This document shows, in pieces, positions 48,446-60,390 of a stretch of 64,000 nt of DNA. Made by a program: the position numbers and the translations under genes. A model generated the notes under the pieces. That model did not search any database, was not told the origin of the DNA, and was given only the letters and a program-made list of their open reading frames with translations. The stretch is from Pseudomonadota bacterium (GTDB lineage Bacteria > Campylobacterota > Campylobacteria > Campylobacterales > Sulfurimonadaceae): NCBI GenBank assembly GCA_043797085.1, contig JAZDQA010000004.1, forward strand, positions 1 through 64,000. Direction: 5' to 3'. Position 1 is the stretch's first letter; every line of letters starts with the position of its first letter.

Positions 48446-50641
48446 ATGGCAAAAATCATTTGGTCAGTAATTGATGAAGCACCGGCACTAGCGACATATT
48501 CGCTACTTCCAATCGTAAATGCATTCACACTAGCCGCAGGCGTTGAAGTTGTAACAAGTGATATTTCACTTGCAGGTCGTGTTATCGCTACATTCCCCGA
48601 ACGTATGAGCGATACTCAGCGTATTCCCGATAATCTTGCTGAACTTGGTAAGATTGCATTGCAACCAGATGGTAACATCATCAAACTCCCAAATATCTCT
48701 GCTTCTATTCCACAGCTTAAAGCGTGTATTGAAGAGCTTCAAGGTCAAGGTTACGATCTTCCTAACTACCCTGAAGAACCAAAAACCGATGAAGAAAAAG
48801 AGATTTTTGCTCGTTATGCAACCTGTCTTGGTTCTGCGGTTAATCCGGTTCTTCGTGAAGGTAATTCAGATCGTCGTGCAGCCGTTGCAGTTAAAAACTT
48901 TGCTAAGAAAAATCCACATAAACTACGTGCATGGGATGAGGGTTCAAAAACTCGCGTTGCTCACATGAACAGTGGTGATTTTTACGCAAATGAGCAGTCA
49001 GTTATCAAAAATGGCGATGGTAAAGTAACAATCTCTCTTAATGGCAATGTTCTTAAAGAGATCAATGCAGTTGATAAAGAAGTGCTTGACGGTACATTCA
49101 TGAGCGTAAAAGCATTCCGTTCATTTATTGCTGATTCGATTGCTGAAGCGAAAGAAAAAAATATTCTTTGGTCAATTCACTTGAAAGCTACCATGATGAA
49201 AGTTTCTGACCCAATTATGTTTGGTCACGCGGTTGAAGTATTCTTTAAAGATGTATTTGCAAAATACGGTGCTGAGTTCAAAGAAATTGGTGTTAGTGCT
49301 AATCTTGGTCTGGGCGATCTTTACAAAAAATTGGCTAAATTACCTGCTGATAAAAAAGCGGAAATTGAAGCGGCTATTATGGCTGTTTACCCAACGCAAC
49401 CTGCAATGGCAATGGTTGATTCGGATAAAGGTATCACAAACCTTCACGCGTCAAACGATGTTATTATCGATGCATCACTTCCGGTAGTTGTACGTGACGG
49501 CGGTAAAATGTGGAATCCAGCAGGTAAAGTAGAGCAATGTGTTGTGACTATTCCTGACCGTTGTTATGCTACTATGTACGCAGAATGTATTGAAGATTGT
49601 AAGAAAAACGGACAATTCGATGTAACGACTATGGGTTCTGTTTCAAATGTCGGTTTGATGGCTCAAAAAGCAGAAGAGTACGGTTCACATCCGACAACAT
49701 TTGAGCTTGCAGAAGGCGGCGTTGTTACCGTTACTGATGACAGCGGCGTATTAATGACTTTCAATGTTGAGAAGGGTGATATTTGGCGTATGTCTCGTGC
49801 TAAAGATGTTCCGATCAAAGACTGGGTACGTCTTGCAGTAGAGCGTGCAGAGATCGAAAATATCCCAGTTGTATTCTGGTTAGATGAAAATCGTGCACAT
49901 GATGCGCAGATCATCAAAAAAGTAAACGAGTATCTTCCTGAATTCAATAAATCAGGTATTGAGTACCATATTATGGCTCCTGAAAAAGCGATGGCGTTTT
50001 CATTGAAACGTGTACGTGCGGGTCAAAACACCATTTCAGCAACGGGGAATGTTCTTCGTGACTATTTAACGGACTTGTTTCCAATCCTTGAGCTTGGAAC
50101 GTCGGCTAAAATGCTCTCTATCGTTCCTCTTCTTGCAGGCGGAGGATTGTTTGAAACAGGTGCGGGCGGATCGGCTCCGAAACACGTTGAGCAATTCGTA
50201 AACGAGGGGCACCTTCGTTGGGATTCATTGGGTGAGTTCTTGGCATTGGCTGAGTCACTTCGCCACATCAACAAAACAAAAAAAGACAACAAATTGAGCG
50301 CTCTTACAGCAGCTCTTGATGAAGCAAACGCGGCGTATTTGGATAATAACAAAGAGCCGTCACGTAAAGCGGGTGAGCCGGATAACAAAGCAAGTCACTT
50401 TTTCCTTGCACAATACTGGGCAAAAGCATTGGCTGAGCAAACTATTGATGCAGAACTTGCATCAAAATTTGCTAACGTAGCTGCGTCATTGAGTTCAAAT
50501 GAAGCTAAAATTATGGAAGAACTTCTCAGCGTAGAAGGAAAACATCAAGATATCGGTGGTTATTATCACCCTGATCTTGCAAAAGTAACAGCGGCAATGC
50601 GCCCAAGCGCGACATTGAATGCAATTATTGCTTCAATCTAA
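48446..50641 (+). CDS. icd: Monomeric NADP-dependent isocitrate dehydrogenase
   Basis: DEAPALATYS, IIKLPNISAS, NPVLREGNSDRRA, HLKATMMKVSDP, FETGAGGSAPKH. Confidence 0.97.
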   Translation: MAKIIWSVIDEAPALATYSLLPIVNAFTLAAGVEVVTSDISLAGRVIATFPERMSDTQRIPDNLAELGKIALQPDGNIIKLPNISASIPQLKACIEELQGQGYDLPNYPEEPKTDEEKEIFARYATCLGSAVNPVLREGNSDRRAAVAVKNFAKKNPHKLRAWDEGSKTRVAHMNSGDFYANEQSVIKNGDGKVTISLNGNVLKEINAVDKEVLDGTFMSVKAFRSFIADSIAEAKEKNILWSIHLKATMMKVSDPIMFGHAVEVFFKDVFAKYGAEFKEIGVSANLGLGDLYKKLAKLPADKKAEIEAAIMAVYPTQPAMAMVDSDKGITNLHASNDVIIDASLPVVVRDGGKMWNPAGKVEQCVVTIPDRCYATMYAECIEDCKKNGQFDVTTMGSVSNVGLMAQKAEEYGSHPTTFELAEGGVVTVTDDSGVLMTFNVEKGDIWRMSRAKDVPIKDWVRLAVERAEIENIPVVFWLDENRAHDAQIIKKVNEYLPEFNKSGIEYHIMAPEKAMAFSLKRVRAGQNTISATGNVLRDYLTDLFPILELGTSAKMLSIVPLLAGGGLFETGAGGSAPKHVEQFVNEGHLRWDSLGEFLALAESLRHINKTKKDNKLSALTAALDEANAAYLDNNKEPSRKAGEPDNKASHFFLAQYWAKALAEQTIDAELASKFANVAASLSSNEAKIMEELLSVEGKHQDIGGYYHPDLAKVTAAMRPSATLNAIIASI

Positions 50642-50647
50642 CTAACT

Positions 50648-50671
50648 TCCAGCTTCGGCTGGATCGTTTTT
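50648..50671 (+). terminator. Terminator-like hairpin after icd
   Basis: TCCAGC-TTCG-GCTGGA followed by a T-run. Confidence 0.55.
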
Positions 50672-50824
50672 TATCTGTAGAGTTAATCTCTATAGATAAA
50701 AGACGATAGGTTATCGTCTACGGTTTATCTCTCTGATCCTATGCTTATGAGTGTTTTCGTTGGCGAAAGCAGTTTTGAGTATATTGAAGAGAGAGCAACC
50801 TATTTTGACACTAGGAGTTCAAAT

Positions 50825-51781
50825 ATGGGAAAAGGTAAACGTGTCGGAATTATTGGAGCTGGTAATGTAGGCTCCACAATCGCTTATTCTCTTGCGATGT
50901 TAGGCAGTTGTCATGAAATTATCTTACGTGATAATAAAATGGAAATTGCAAAAGGAAAAGCGCTTGATATGTCACAAGCTGCTGCTGCTGTTCGTTCTCA
51001 TACCGTAGTAAGCGTTGCAGAAAAGATGTCTGATTTGACGGATTGTGATATCGTGGTTATTACCGCCGGAAGTCCTCGTCTTCCAGGAATGAGTCGTGAT
51101 GACTTATTGATGATTAATGCAAAAATCACCCGTGAAGTGGTTGCAGGTATTGCGAAATACTCTCCTAATGCCATTATTATTATGGTTTCTAATCCTCTTG
51201 ATGTAATGACATACGTTGCCCTTCGTGAAAGCGGATTTGAACGCAGTCGAGTCATTGGCATGGCGGGTATTTTGGACAGCGCACGTATGGCTGCCTTTAT
51301 CCAAGAGAAACTGGGTTACGGCGGAGGACAAATCCGTGCTTCTGTTATGGGCGGTCATGGCGATGATATGGTTCCATTACCTCGTTATTCGACGGTTGCT
51401 GGTGTTCCACTTTCTGATTTATTGACCCAAGATGAGATTGACGGCATCGTTCAACGCACACGAAAGGGCGGAGCAGAGATTGTTGCATTGTTACAAACAG
51501 GATCAGCGTATTATGCCCCTGCAAAATCAACAGCCATCATGATTGAAGCAATTTTGAAAGATACCAAGCAAATCCATGCATGCGCTGTCTATTTAGACGG
51601 TGAATACGGTTATAACGATGTTGTCAGCGGTGTTCCTGTTATGTTAGGTGCCAATGGAGTAGAAAAAATAATTCAAATTACTTTAAATGATGCGGAAAAA
51701 AAGATGTTCGCTGATTCTTGTCAATCGGTACAAACGTTGATCGATACTCTTAACACTAACAATTTTTTTCAAGGAGAATAA
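50825..51781 (+). CDS. mdh: Malate dehydrogenase (LDH-like)
   Basis: [38 protein letters not shown]; start ATG 50825 after an AGGAG RBS. Confidence 0.95.
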   Translation: MGKGKRVGIIGAGNVGSTIAYSLAMLGSCHEIILRDNKMEIAKGKALDMSQAAAAVRSHTVVSVAEKMSDLTDCDIVVITAGSPRLPGMSRDDLLMINAKITREVVAGIAKYSPNAIIIMVSNPLDVMTYVALRESGFERSRVIGMAGILDSARMAAFIQEKLGYGGGQIRASVMGGHGDDMVPLPRYSTVAGVPLSDLLTQDEIDGIVQRTRKGGAEIVALLQTGSAYYAPAKSTAIMIEAILKDTKQIHACAVYLDGEYGYNDVVSGVPVMLGANGVEKIIQITLNDAEKKMFADSCQSVQTLIDTLNTNNFFQGE

Positions 51782-51783
51782 AC

Positions 51784-53175
51784 ATGGGTTTTCGCATAGA
51801 AAAAGACACAATGGGGGAAGTTCGAGTTCCGAATGATACCTACTGGGGAGCGCAAACACAGCGTTCATTAGAAAACTTTCAAATTGGTGAAGAAAAAATG
51901 CCATACGAAATCACTCGTGCATTTTCTCTTTTGAAAAAAGCGGTTGCTTTGGTCAATTGTGATCTTGGAATGTTAAGTAAAGAAAAAGCGGATGCTATCG
52001 CGCAAGCGGCGGATGAGATGCTTGAGGGAAAACTCGACGCACATTATCCTCTTGTCGTTTGGCAAACGGGTTCAGGTACACAATCCAATATGAATAACAA
52101 TGAAGTATTGGCAGCTCGTGCGACTGAGATTTTGGGTGGTGATTTTAGAACTCAAAAATTGGTTCATCCTAATGATGATGTTAATAAATCACAAAGTTCA
52201 AACGATACCTATCCTACAGCATTGCACGTTGCGGCGATTATTGCAGTGGAAACACGTCTTCTCCCTGCTATTGAGCATTTGCGTTCAACGCTTGATGCAA
52301 AAGCCAAAGAGTTCAATGATATCGTTAAAATCGGACGTACGCACTTGCAAGACGCCACTCCGTTAACTCTTGGTCAAGAGATTAGCGGTTGGGTTGAAAT
52401 GCTCAATAAATGCGAAAAAATGGCAAAAACTTCTCTTGAATCCGTTCGTGAGCTTGCTCTTGGCGGAACAGCTGTTGGGACAGGGCTTAATGCCCATCCA
52501 GAACTTGGAGAGCGTGTAGCTGCAAAACTTACAGAGCTTACGGGTCATCAGTTTGTTACTGCACCGAATAAGTTTCATGCTCTAACGTCACATGATGCGC
52601 TTGTGTTTGCCCACGGTGCGCTTAAAGCATTGGCAGCGGATATGATGAAAATCGCCAATGACGTTCGCTGGTTAGCATCAGGTCCTCGTTGCGGTATCGG
52701 TGAAATCACCATTCCGGAAAACGAACCGGGTTCATCGATTATGCCGGGTAAAGTTAATCCGACTCAAAGCGAAGCAGTAACGATGGTAGCGTGTCAAGTT
52801 ATGGGGAACGATACCTGTATCGGTTTCGCTGCAAGTCAAGGAAATTTTGAGCTCAATGTATTCAAACCGGTAATTGCCTATAACTTCTTACAATCTGTAC
52901 GTTTATTGGCGGATTCTATGAATTCGTTTAACGATAACTGTGCAGTAGGAATTGAGCCGGTACGTGAGCAAATCGACCATTATCTCAACAATTCACTGAT
53001 GTTGGTAACTGCATTGAATCCGTACATCGGATATGAAAATGCAGCGAAAATCGCTAAAACAGCCCATAAAGACAATTCGACACTCCGAGCAACAGCAATA
53101 AAGCTAGAGCTTATGAGTGGAGAAGATTTCGATAAATACGTCATCCCTGAAGAGATGACAAGACCAATCGCGTAA
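51784..53175 (+). CDS. fumC: Class II fumarate hydratase
   Basis: [33 protein letters not shown]. Confidence 0.97.
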   Translation: MGFRIEKDTMGEVRVPNDTYWGAQTQRSLENFQIGEEKMPYEITRAFSLLKKAVALVNCDLGMLSKEKADAIAQAADEMLEGKLDAHYPLVVWQTGSGTQSNMNNNEVLAARATEILGGDFRTQKLVHPNDDVNKSQSSNDTYPTALHVAAIIAVETRLLPAIEHLRSTLDAKAKEFNDIVKIGRTHLQDATPLTLGQEISGWVEMLNKCEKMAKTSLESVRELALGGTAVGTGLNAHPELGERVAAKLTELTGHQFVTAPNKFHALTSHDALVFAHGALKALAADMMKIANDVRWLASGPRCGIGEITIPENEPGSSIMPGKVNPTQSEAVTMVACQVMGNDTCIGFAASQGNFELNVFKPVIAYNFLQSVRLLADSMNSFNDNCAVGIEPVREQIDHYLNNSLMLVTALNPYIGYENAAKIAKTAHKDNSTLRATAIKLELMSGEDFDKYVIPEEMTRPIA

Positions 53176-53195
53176 ACTTAAACAGGAGGAAATAA

Positions 53196-54365
53196 ATGAA
53201 TATTCATGAATATCAAGCAAAAGAGTTATTCAAAAAATACAATGTACCTACACCACGCGGTCACATTGTATTTACACCCGATGAGGCGGTAAAAGCAGCA
53301 CAAGAGTTAGGTGGCAGTATTTGGGTTGTTAAAGCTCAAATTCATGCTGGCGGTCGCGGACTTGGTGGAGGTGTTAAATTGGCACGCTCAACGTCAGAAG
53401 TACGTGCATTGGCAGCTGAAATTTTGGGTATGACACTTGTTACTCACCAAACAGGTCCTGAAGGTAAACTGGTACAAAAAGTTTACATCGAAGAGGGTGC
53501 AGACATCAAAAAAGAGTACTATCTTGGGCTTCTTCTTGACCGCGCACTTGAAATGCCTATTATGATGGCATCCACTGAAGGTGGTATGGCAATCGAAGAT
53601 GTTGCCCACAATACTCCTGAAAAGATCATCAAAGTTGCTATCGATCCATTAACTGGTTTCCAACCATTCCATGGTCGTAAATTGGCATTTGGCTTGGGTC
53701 TTCCAACCGAAGAGATCAATGCGTTTATCAAATTCGCATCTGCACTTTATAAAGTTTACATGGATCACGATGCAGAGATGATCGAGATCAATCCATTGGT
53801 TAAAACCGGTGATGGCAAATTTTTGGCACTGGATGCCAAAATGGGCTTTGATAACAATGCATTGTATCGTCAAGATCAAGTTCGTGAAATGCGCGATTTA
53901 AGTGAAGAAGAGCCAACAGAAATCGAAGCGGATAAATACGGTTTGAGTTATATCAAACTAGATGGTAACGTCGGATGTATGGTTAACGGAGCAGGGCTTG
54001 CAATGGGAACTATGGATACCATTAATTATGAAGGTGGAAAGCCTGCTAACTTCCTTGATGTAGGCGGTTCAGCTAGTGCAGAAACTGTTGCAAAAGGGTT
54101 TGATATTATTCTTAAAGATCCTAACGTAAAAGTAATTTTTGTTAATATTTTTGGTGGAATCGTCCGTTGTGATCGTGTTGCGAATGGTATTATTGAAGCA
54201 ACAAAGATTACAAATGTCAATGTACCCATTATTGTTCGTCTCGATGGCACCAATGCTATCGAAGCAGCAGATATTTTGAATAATGCAGGGATTGCAAACA
54301 TCGTAGCAGCAACGGATCTTGCAGACGGTGCACGCAAAGCCGTAGCAGCAGCGAAAGGAGAATAA
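53196..54365 (+). CDS. sucC: Succinyl-CoA synthetase beta subunit
   Basis: [36 protein letters not shown]. Confidence 0.97.
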   Translation: MNIHEYQAKELFKKYNVPTPRGHIVFTPDEAVKAAQELGGSIWVVKAQIHAGGRGLGGGVKLARSTSEVRALAAEILGMTLVTHQTGPEGKLVQKVYIEEGADIKKEYYLGLLLDRALEMPIMMASTEGGMAIEDVAHNTPEKIIKVAIDPLTGFQPFHGRKLAFGLGLPTEEINAFIKFASALYKVYMDHDAEMIEINPLVKTGDGKFLALDAKMGFDNNALYRQDQVREMRDLSEEEPTEIEADKYGLSYIKLDGNVGCMVNGAGLAMGTMDTINYEGGKPANFLDVGGSASAETVAKGFDIILKDPNVKVIFVNIFGGIVRCDRVANGIIEATKITNVNVPIIVRLDGTNAIEAADILNNAGIANIVAATDLADGARKAVAAAKGE

Positions 54366-54368
54366 TAA

Positions 54369-55244
54369 ATGTCAATTTTGGTCAACAAAGATACAAAAGT
54401 TATCGTTCAAGGTTTCACAGGTAAAGAGGGCACTTTCCATGCAGAGCAATGTATGGCATATGGTACTAAAATCGTTGGTGGTGTAACACCGGGTAAAGGT
54501 GGTCAAGAGCACTTAGGACAACCGGTTTTTAATACTGTTTCTGAAGCAGTCGCAGCTACTGGTGCAACTGTTTCCATGATTTTTGTTCCACCTGCTTTTG
54601 TTTCGGATGCAGTGATGGAAGCAGCAGACGCGGGTATTACTCTTGCAGTCATCATTACCGAGGGTGCACCGGTTAAAGATATGATGTTTGCAAAAGCATA
54701 CGCAGTGAAAAAAGACATGATGACTATCGGGCCAAACTGTCCTGGAATTATTACGGCTGATGAATGTAAAATCGGAATTATGCCGGGCTTCATTTTCAAA
54801 AAAGGAAATGTTGGTTTAATCTCTAAGTCAGGTACATTGACCTACGAATCAGCGAACCAAGTCGTTAAAGAAGGCTATGGTATTACGACCGCTGTCGGTA
54901 TCGGCGGCGATCCGATTATCGGGTTGAGTTACAAACAATTGTTACCGATGTTTGAAGCAGATCCTGAAACACATGCTATTGTTATGATCGGTGAAATCGG
55001 TGGTGATTTGGAAATCCAAGCAGCAGCGTACATCAAAGAACATATTACAAAGCCTGTTGTTGCTTTTATCGCTGGTCAAACAGCACCGGCTGGTAAACGT
55101 ATGGGTCATGCGGGTGCGATTATCTCTGGTAGTGCAGGTACAGCGCAGGAGAAAATGGCAGCACTAGAAGCCGCTGGAGTTACGGTTGTCGTTTCTCCGG
55201 CAGATATTGGCAAAGCGATTGCTAAGGTAATGGCAGCATTATGA
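54369..55244 (+). CDS. sucD: Succinyl-CoA synthetase alpha subunit
   Basis: QGFTG, GPNCPG, SGTLTYE, GIGGD, RMGHAGA. Confidence 0.97.
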   Translation: MSILVNKDTKVIVQGFTGKEGTFHAEQCMAYGTKIVGGVTPGKGGQEHLGQPVFNTVSEAVAATGATVSMIFVPPAFVSDAVMEAADAGITLAVIITEGAPVKDMMFAKAYAVKKDMMTIGPNCPGIITADECKIGIMPGFIFKKGNVGLISKSGTLTYESANQVVKEGYGITTAVGIGGDPIIGLSYKQLLPMFEADPETHAIVMIGEIGGDLEIQAAAYIKEHITKPVVAFIAGQTAPAGKRMGHAGAIISGSAGTAQEKMAALEAAGVTVVVSPADIGKAIAKVMAAL

Positions 55245-55540
55245 TTCATATTTTTGAAGTAGCTAATGTACGTTGTGGCGGTTGTGCTAATACGATTACA
55301 AAAGAGCTTCAAAAGTTTGGATTAAACGACGTGAGCGTTGATCTATCGTGCGAGCCTCGGAAAGTAACAGTAGAAGCTACTGACGAGGCGCAATTAGCAC
55401 AGGTTCAAGCGATATTAAGAAACCTCGGTTATCCTCTTAGTACAGAGGAAAATGGCGGTCTTGATAATGCTGCATTAAAAGTCAAGAGCTTTGTCTCTTG
55501 TGCTGTTGGTAAATTTTCAAACGAAAAAACGTCAGATTAA
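55241..55540 (+). CDS. Heavy-metal-associated (HMA, CopZ-like) domain protein
   Basis: [12 protein letters not shown] metal-binding motif, LGYP, KSFVSCA. Confidence 0.85.
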   Translation: MIHIFEVANVRCGGCANTITKELQKFGLNDVSVDLSCEPRKVTVEATDEAQLAQVQAILRNLGYPLSTEENGGLDNAALKVKSFVSCAVGKFSNEKTSD

Positions 55541-55562
55541 TTTCAAATTGTGAGGAGAATAG

Positions 55563-55892
55563 ATGTTTAAAACGATCAATCCCGGTAATGTCCCTGTATG
55601 GGTCAACACCGACAACTGTAAAGCATGTGATATTTGTGTATCAGTATGTCCATCTGGAGTACTTGGTATGCGTTATGAGCCAACATCGACATTGGGTGCA
55701 ATGATTTCAATCGATCATCCGGAAGCATGTATCGGCTGTAATGAGTGTGAACTCACATGTCCGGATTTTGCTATTTATGTTGCGGATAAAGCAGATTATA
55801 AATTTGCAAAACTTACCGATGATTCTAAAGCTCGTCAAGCGGCTATTATCGCTAATAAGTATATGTCTTTAGACCAAGCAGGAGTGAAATAA
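55563..55892 (+). CDS. oorD: 2-oxoglutarate:ferredoxin oxidoreductase delta subunit
   Basis: Two CxxCxxCxxxCP motifs; first gene of oorDABC. Confidence 0.92.
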   Translation: MFKTINPGNVPVWVNTDNCKACDICVSVCPSGVLGMRYEPTSTLGAMISIDHPEACIGCNECELTCPDFAIYVADKADYKFAKLTDDSKARQAAIIANKYMSLDQAGVK

Positions 55893-57046
55893 TGGCACGA
55901 GAAGTAATTTCTACCGGTAATGAATTATCGGCATTAGCAGCATTTGATGTTGAATGTATGTTTTTTGGGGGTTATCCAATCACCCCTTCGTCGGAAGTAA
56001 TGCATGAAATGTCAGATCTTTTACCGACAGTAGGCGGTAAATTTATCCAGATGGAAGATGAGATTGCAGGTATATCCGTTGCACTCGGCGCTTCAATGGC
56101 GGGTACAAAATCAATGACTGCTACATCAGGTCCCGGTATTTCACTTAAAGCAGAGCAAATCGGTTTGGCGTTCATCGCTGAAATCCCTTTGGTTATCGTT
56201 AACGTTATGCGTGGCGGTCCATCAACCGGTCTTCCAACACGTGTATCGCAAGCCGATATCGGTCAAGCACAGTATCCAACCCACGGTGACTATGCTTCAA
56301 TCACTCTTTGTGCCGGTTCACTCGATGAGTGCTATACACAAACAGTTCGCGGATTTAACTTGGCTGAAAAATATATGACTCCTGTTTTTGTTCTTTTGGA
56401 TGAGACAGTAGGGCACATGCACGGAAAAGCGGTTATTCCTGATTTAGAAGAAGTAAAAGCCAACATTGTACGTCGTAAACGTTATGATGGACCAAAAGAG
56501 GATTACAAACCGTATAAAGCGGAAATGAATGAAGCAGCGGTTCTTAACCCTATGTTTGAAGGGTATCGTTATCATATGACTGGTCTTCATCACGGTGAGA
56601 CAGGCTTTCCAACAGAAGATGCTGATCAATGTCAATTTAACATCGCTCGTTTGATGGGGAAAATCAATACAGTAGCCGCTGAGAATGATGGTCTTGATGA
56701 TCTTCCAGACTATGAAGAATTTATGCTTGATGATGACTGTGATGTTGTTTTGATCGCATACGGTTCAATCAGTCGCGGTGCGAAAGAAGCGGTTGTTAAG
56801 CTTCGTGCAGACGGAATTAAAGCGGGATTATTCAGACCGATTACATTGTGGCCAAGTCCTGCAAAACGACTCAAAGAGATCGGTGATAAATTTGAGAAAA
56901 TTTTCATTACTGAGCTTAACATGGGTCAATACATGAGAGAAATCGAGCGTGTTATGCACCGCAGCAATTTTGCTTCATTGCACAAAGCAAACGGTCGCCC
57001 AATTGCACCACTTGAGATGGTAGCTAAAGTTAAGGAGATGTTCTAA
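55892..57046 (+). CDS. oorA: 2-oxoglutarate:ferredoxin oxidoreductase alpha subunit
   Basis: GYPITPSSE, QMEDEI, ATSGPG, RGGPSTG.PT. Confidence 0.95.
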   Translation: MAREVISTGNELSALAAFDVECMFFGGYPITPSSEVMHEMSDLLPTVGGKFIQMEDEIAGISVALGASMAGTKSMTATSGPGISLKAEQIGLAFIAEIPLVIVNVMRGGPSTGLPTRVSQADIGQAQYPTHGDYASITLCAGSLDECYTQTVRGFNLAEKYMTPVFVLLDETVGHMHGKAVIPDLEEVKANIVRRKRYDGPKEDYKPYKAEMNEAAVLNPMFEGYRYHMTGLHHGETGFPTEDADQCQFNIARLMGKINTVAAENDGLDDLPDYEEFMLDDDCDVVLIAYGSISRGAKEAVVKLRADGIKAGLFRPITLWPSPAKRLKEIGDKFEKIFITELNMGQYMREIERVMHRSNFASLHKANGRPIAPLEMVAKVKEMF

Positions 57047-57900
57047 TGGCTTTTAATTATGATCAATATTTACGTGTAGAGAAAATGCCGACACTTTGGT
57101 GTTGGGGTTGTGGCGATGGAGTAATCCTAAAAGCGTGTATCCGTGCTATCGAAAAGATGCAATGGGATATGGATAAAGTATGTGTCGTATCGGGTATCGG
57201 TTGTTCTGGACGTTTTAGTTCATACATCAATTGTAATACTGTACACACTACGCATGGTCGTACAATCGCCTATGCTACAGGTATCAAACTAACTCGTCCG
57301 GATGCACACGTTATCGTCGTTGCAGGAGACGGTGACGGACTTGCTATCGGTGGTAACCATACGATTCACGGATGTCGTCGTAATATCGATTTGAACTTTA
57401 TTTTGATTAATAACTTCATCTACGGTTTGACCAATTCACAAATCTCACCAACGACTCCTCAGGGTATGTGGTGTGTATCGGCACAAAACGGTAATATCGA
57501 CCCGACTTTTGATGCATGTAAGCTTGCTATTGGTGCAGGTGCTTCATTTGTAGCGCGTGAGAGTATGCTTGACCCTAAAAAATTGGAAAAAATCTTTGTT
57601 AAAGGATTCTCTCATAAAGGATTCTCGTTCATGGATATTATGTCAAACTGCCATATTAACCTTGGTCGTAAAAACAAGATGGCAAGTGCGATGGAAAATC
57701 TTGAATGGATTGACAGTATTACTACACCATTGAAAAAATGGGAAGCATTAAGCCCTGAAGAGCAAATGAACAAATTCCCTACGGGCGTATTGCGTGAAGT
57801 CCAACAAGCTGAATATTGTGAAATGTATGACATGGTTATTGAAGCAGCACAAGGTAAGCGCGGAAAAATCACACAAGACGATTTTGCGAAAAAAATCTAA
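57046..57900 (+). CDS. oorB: 2-oxoglutarate:ferredoxin oxidoreductase beta subunit
   Basis: WCWGCG, GIGCS, HTTHGR, GDGD, NN.IYGLT. Confidence 0.95.
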   Translation: MAFNYDQYLRVEKMPTLWCWGCGDGVILKACIRAIEKMQWDMDKVCVVSGIGCSGRFSSYINCNTVHTTHGRTIAYATGIKLTRPDAHVIVVAGDGDGLAIGGNHTIHGCRRNIDLNFILINNFIYGLTNSQISPTTPQGMWCVSAQNGNIDPTFDACKLAIGAGASFVARESMLDPKKLEKIFVKGFSHKGFSFMDIMSNCHINLGRKNKMASAMENLEWIDSITTPLKKWEALSPEEQMNKFPTGVLREVQQAEYCEMYDMVIEAAQGKRGKITQDDFAKKI

Positions 57901-57909
57901 GGAGAAACC

Positions 57910-58473
57910 ATGAGAAGTACGATACGATTTACAGGAGTAGGTGGACAGGGTGTTCTTCTCGCCGGTGAGATTATGGCTGCGGCTAAAATCAAACTTGGCG
58001 GTCATGGCCTTAAAACAGCTACGTATACATCACAAGTTCGTGGTGGGGCAACCGTTGTTGATATTACGTTAGATGATACTGAAATTTTTTACCCATATGC
58101 AAATGAAGGTGAAATTGACTTTATGCTTTCGGTTGCAAATGTCAGTTATCAACAATTCAAAAATGGGGTTAAACCAGGTGGAATTATTGTAATTGAGCCA
58201 AACTTGGTTCACCCGACAGAAGAAGACCGTCAAAAATGGATCATTGTAGAGATTCCAATCATCACCATTGCAAAAGAAGAAGTGGGTAATGTTATTACTC
58301 AATCGGTTGTTGCATTGGGTATCACCAATGAGTTTACCGGCGTACTTGATCCCGAAACTCTTCGTGAAGTAATGCTTTCGAAAGTTCCAAAAAAAGTACA
58401 TGAAGTAAATAATACAGCATGGGCTTTAGGCATCAAATATGCCAAAGAAGCGAAAGCTAAACTCGGAATGTAA
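57910..58473 (+). CDS. oorC: 2-oxoglutarate:ferredoxin oxidoreductase gamma subunit
   Basis: GVGGQG, YTSQVRGG. Confidence 0.94.
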   Translation: MRSTIRFTGVGGQGVLLAGEIMAAAKIKLGGHGLKTATYTSQVRGGATVVDITLDDTEIFYPYANEGEIDFMLSVANVSYQQFKNGVKPGGIIVIEPNLVHPTEEDRQKWIIVEIPIITIAKEEVGNVITQSVVALGITNEFTGVLDPETLREVMLSKVPKKVHEVNNTAWALGIKYAKEAKAKLGM

Positions 58474-58478
58474 TTTTT

Positions 58479-58507
58479 TGTTATTTCCCTTGTTTTGGGA
58501 AATAACA
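58479..58507 (+). terminator. Hairpin after oorC
   Basis: TGTTATTTCCC-N7-GGGAAATAACA. Confidence 0.65.
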
Positions 58508-58613
58508 CTAGGTTCTCCTTAAATCTATCTTCTAAAATTCTCAAAAAAACTTCATTTTTACTTTTTTTTACTCTATATATGTTAAAATAACAAAATATAA
58601 TAGATGGATTTTA

Positions 58614-59816
58614 ATGAAGATATTTTTTGCTTTATTGGTAGTTTTTTTTACTTTTGCTTTGAATGCGGATACTCAAAGTAAAAAACGGATTTTTATTTTG
58701 CATTCCTATGCCCAAGAGTACGAATGGACAAAATTGCAACACCTAAAATTTGTTTCAAGCTTGGAAGAATCGTTATCTTTTCCATTAGAAATTTCGACAG
58801 AGTATTTGGATACCAAACGTCTTAAATTTGATGAAGAATATCAATCATTTTTTCTTCACTATTTGCAAAAAAAATATAATGAATACAATCCGGATGTCAT
58901 TTATGTTACCGATGATAATGCGCTAACTTTTTTTTCAAACCATCAAAAAGCATTATTTGTCGGAAAACCGATCTTTTTTTCAGGTATTAACAACCTTTTT
59001 TTGCTAAGTTCATTGGATCCAAAAAAGTTCACAGGAGTTTATGAGACTAAAGATATTGAACCGAATATTGAATTAATCAAACAATTTTCTCCTCAAACAC
59101 GTGATATATGGATTGTAGGTGACAGATCAACGACGTATCAGGCCATTGAATCGGATATTAAAAAAAAGATACATCATTTTCCTAAATATACGTTTCATTT
59201 TCTTTCAACCGATAAAATTGATGAGATTATGCAGCAGCTTCCAAAAACTCCAAAGTCTTTTGTTCTCCTGACTACAATCGGAGGATGGAGTGATCAAAGC
59301 GGTAGAATTTTGACGCTTAAAGAATCAATCAATACCTTAAAAAGCAATAAGCACCTAATCCTTTGCAGCATGGAAGATGCTTACTTACTTGGAGGAGTTG
59401 TCGGAGGATTCGTAACCAGCGGAGCGAATCAAGGGCTTGAAGCGGCTAAATTGGCTACACGTTATTTTAGTGGTGAACCTCTTTCATCGATACATTCTAT
59501 TATCAAAAGTCCTAATGGTTATATTTTTGATAGACGAGCGCTTATTGAATCAAGATTGATTCTTTCTGAATATACTGCACGTAATGCAATTATTTTAAAT
59601 GAAAAGAAAAACTTTTTCGAGCAGCATCAGGAGATGATTTTAAATACTCTATTTATCGTAATGACTTTATTTTTAATTTTTCTTATCATTGTCTATTTTG
59701 TCGCCTTACAAAAAAAATCACACTTGCATCAAGTAGAATCAGAGCTTGATGAATGTTCTACAGAATTATTAGTGCTAAAAGAGAAACTTGCTTTGATGAA
59801 GCAACAATATGAATAA
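58614..59816 (+). CDS. Periplasmic ABC substrate-binding-like sensor with a C-terminal TM helix and short coiled coil
   Basis: Signal peptide, LHSY..YEWT, EYLDTKR, DDNA, PIFFSGIN, TGVYE, G.VGG; no cytoplasmic catalytic domain. Confidence 0.75.
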   Translation: MKIFFALLVVFFTFALNADTQSKKRIFILHSYAQEYEWTKLQHLKFVSSLEESLSFPLEISTEYLDTKRLKFDEEYQSFFLHYLQKKYNEYNPDVIYVTDDNALTFFSNHQKALFVGKPIFFSGINNLFLLSSLDPKKFTGVYETKDIEPNIELIKQFSPQTRDIWIVGDRSTTYQAIESDIKKKIHHFPKYTFHFLSTDKIDEIMQQLPKTPKSFVLLTTIGGWSDQSGRILTLKESINTLKSNKHLILCSMEDAYLLGGVVGGFVTSGANQGLEAAKLATRYFSGEPLSSIHSIIKSPNGYIFDRRALIESRLILSEYTARNAIILNEKKNFFEQHQEMILNTLFIVMTLFLIFLIIVYFVALQKKSHLHQVESELDECSTELLVLKEKLALMKQQYE

Positions 59817-60390
59817 AAAAATCACATTAGCCGTATTATTTTTCATTTTTTTATTAATTGCTGTGCCTGCAATTCAATCATTATTTTTTGCCCAACAAAC
59901 AACAGGCAAAATAATAGTCAATAAAAATATTGAGGCCCCTTATCTCGCTTCTGCTGATAAAGATTTAATACTGGTCTTTTTTGGATATGTAGGTTGTGTT
60001 AAAGTATGTAGTCCTATTTTACAGCAACTTAGCAATTTTTATGACTCTTCCGAATTTGCTCCTGTCCAGCCGTTTGTTTCTTTTTCGTTTGTTAATCTAA
60101 TGCCACAATTGGAATCCGATCAGCCTGATCTCTTTGCAAAATCATTTAATCCGGAATTTAAGGGCATTTATTTGAGCCAAAAAGAGTTGATGGGCATTGA
60201 CAGACAATTTAGCCTTTTCTTTTCAAATAGCTTGCGTGATGAAGGTGAGATTGATCACAGTGATCATCTTTATTTACTGCAACGGCAAAAGAATGGGCTA
60301 TTGCTATTGAAAAATATCTATACAACGCATCCTCTTAACCAAAAAAGACTCATTCATGATATACTTGAAATACAAAAGGAAACAGAATGA
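59809..60390 (+). CDS. SCO (SenC/PrrC) family protein
   Basis: FFGYVGCVKVCSP (CxxxC) and IDHSD His ligand; N-terminal TM. Confidence 0.85.
   Translation: MNKKITLAVLFFIFLLIAVPAIQSLFFAQQTTGKIIVNKNIEAPYLASADKDLILVFFGYVGCVKVCSPILQQLSNFYDSSEFAPVQPFVSFSFVNLMPQLESDQPDLFAKSFNPEFKGIYLSQKELMGIDRQFSLFFSNSLRDEGEIDHSDHLYLLQRQKNGLLLLKNIYTTHPLNQKRLIHDILEIQKETE

Noticed and set aside
50741..50824. N-terminal extensions in the ORF track (mdh; likewise speA, coaD, flgA, sbcC, sufC, sufB and the response regulator)
   Set aside because: Downstream ATGs fit RBS position, gene coupling and family N-termini better.
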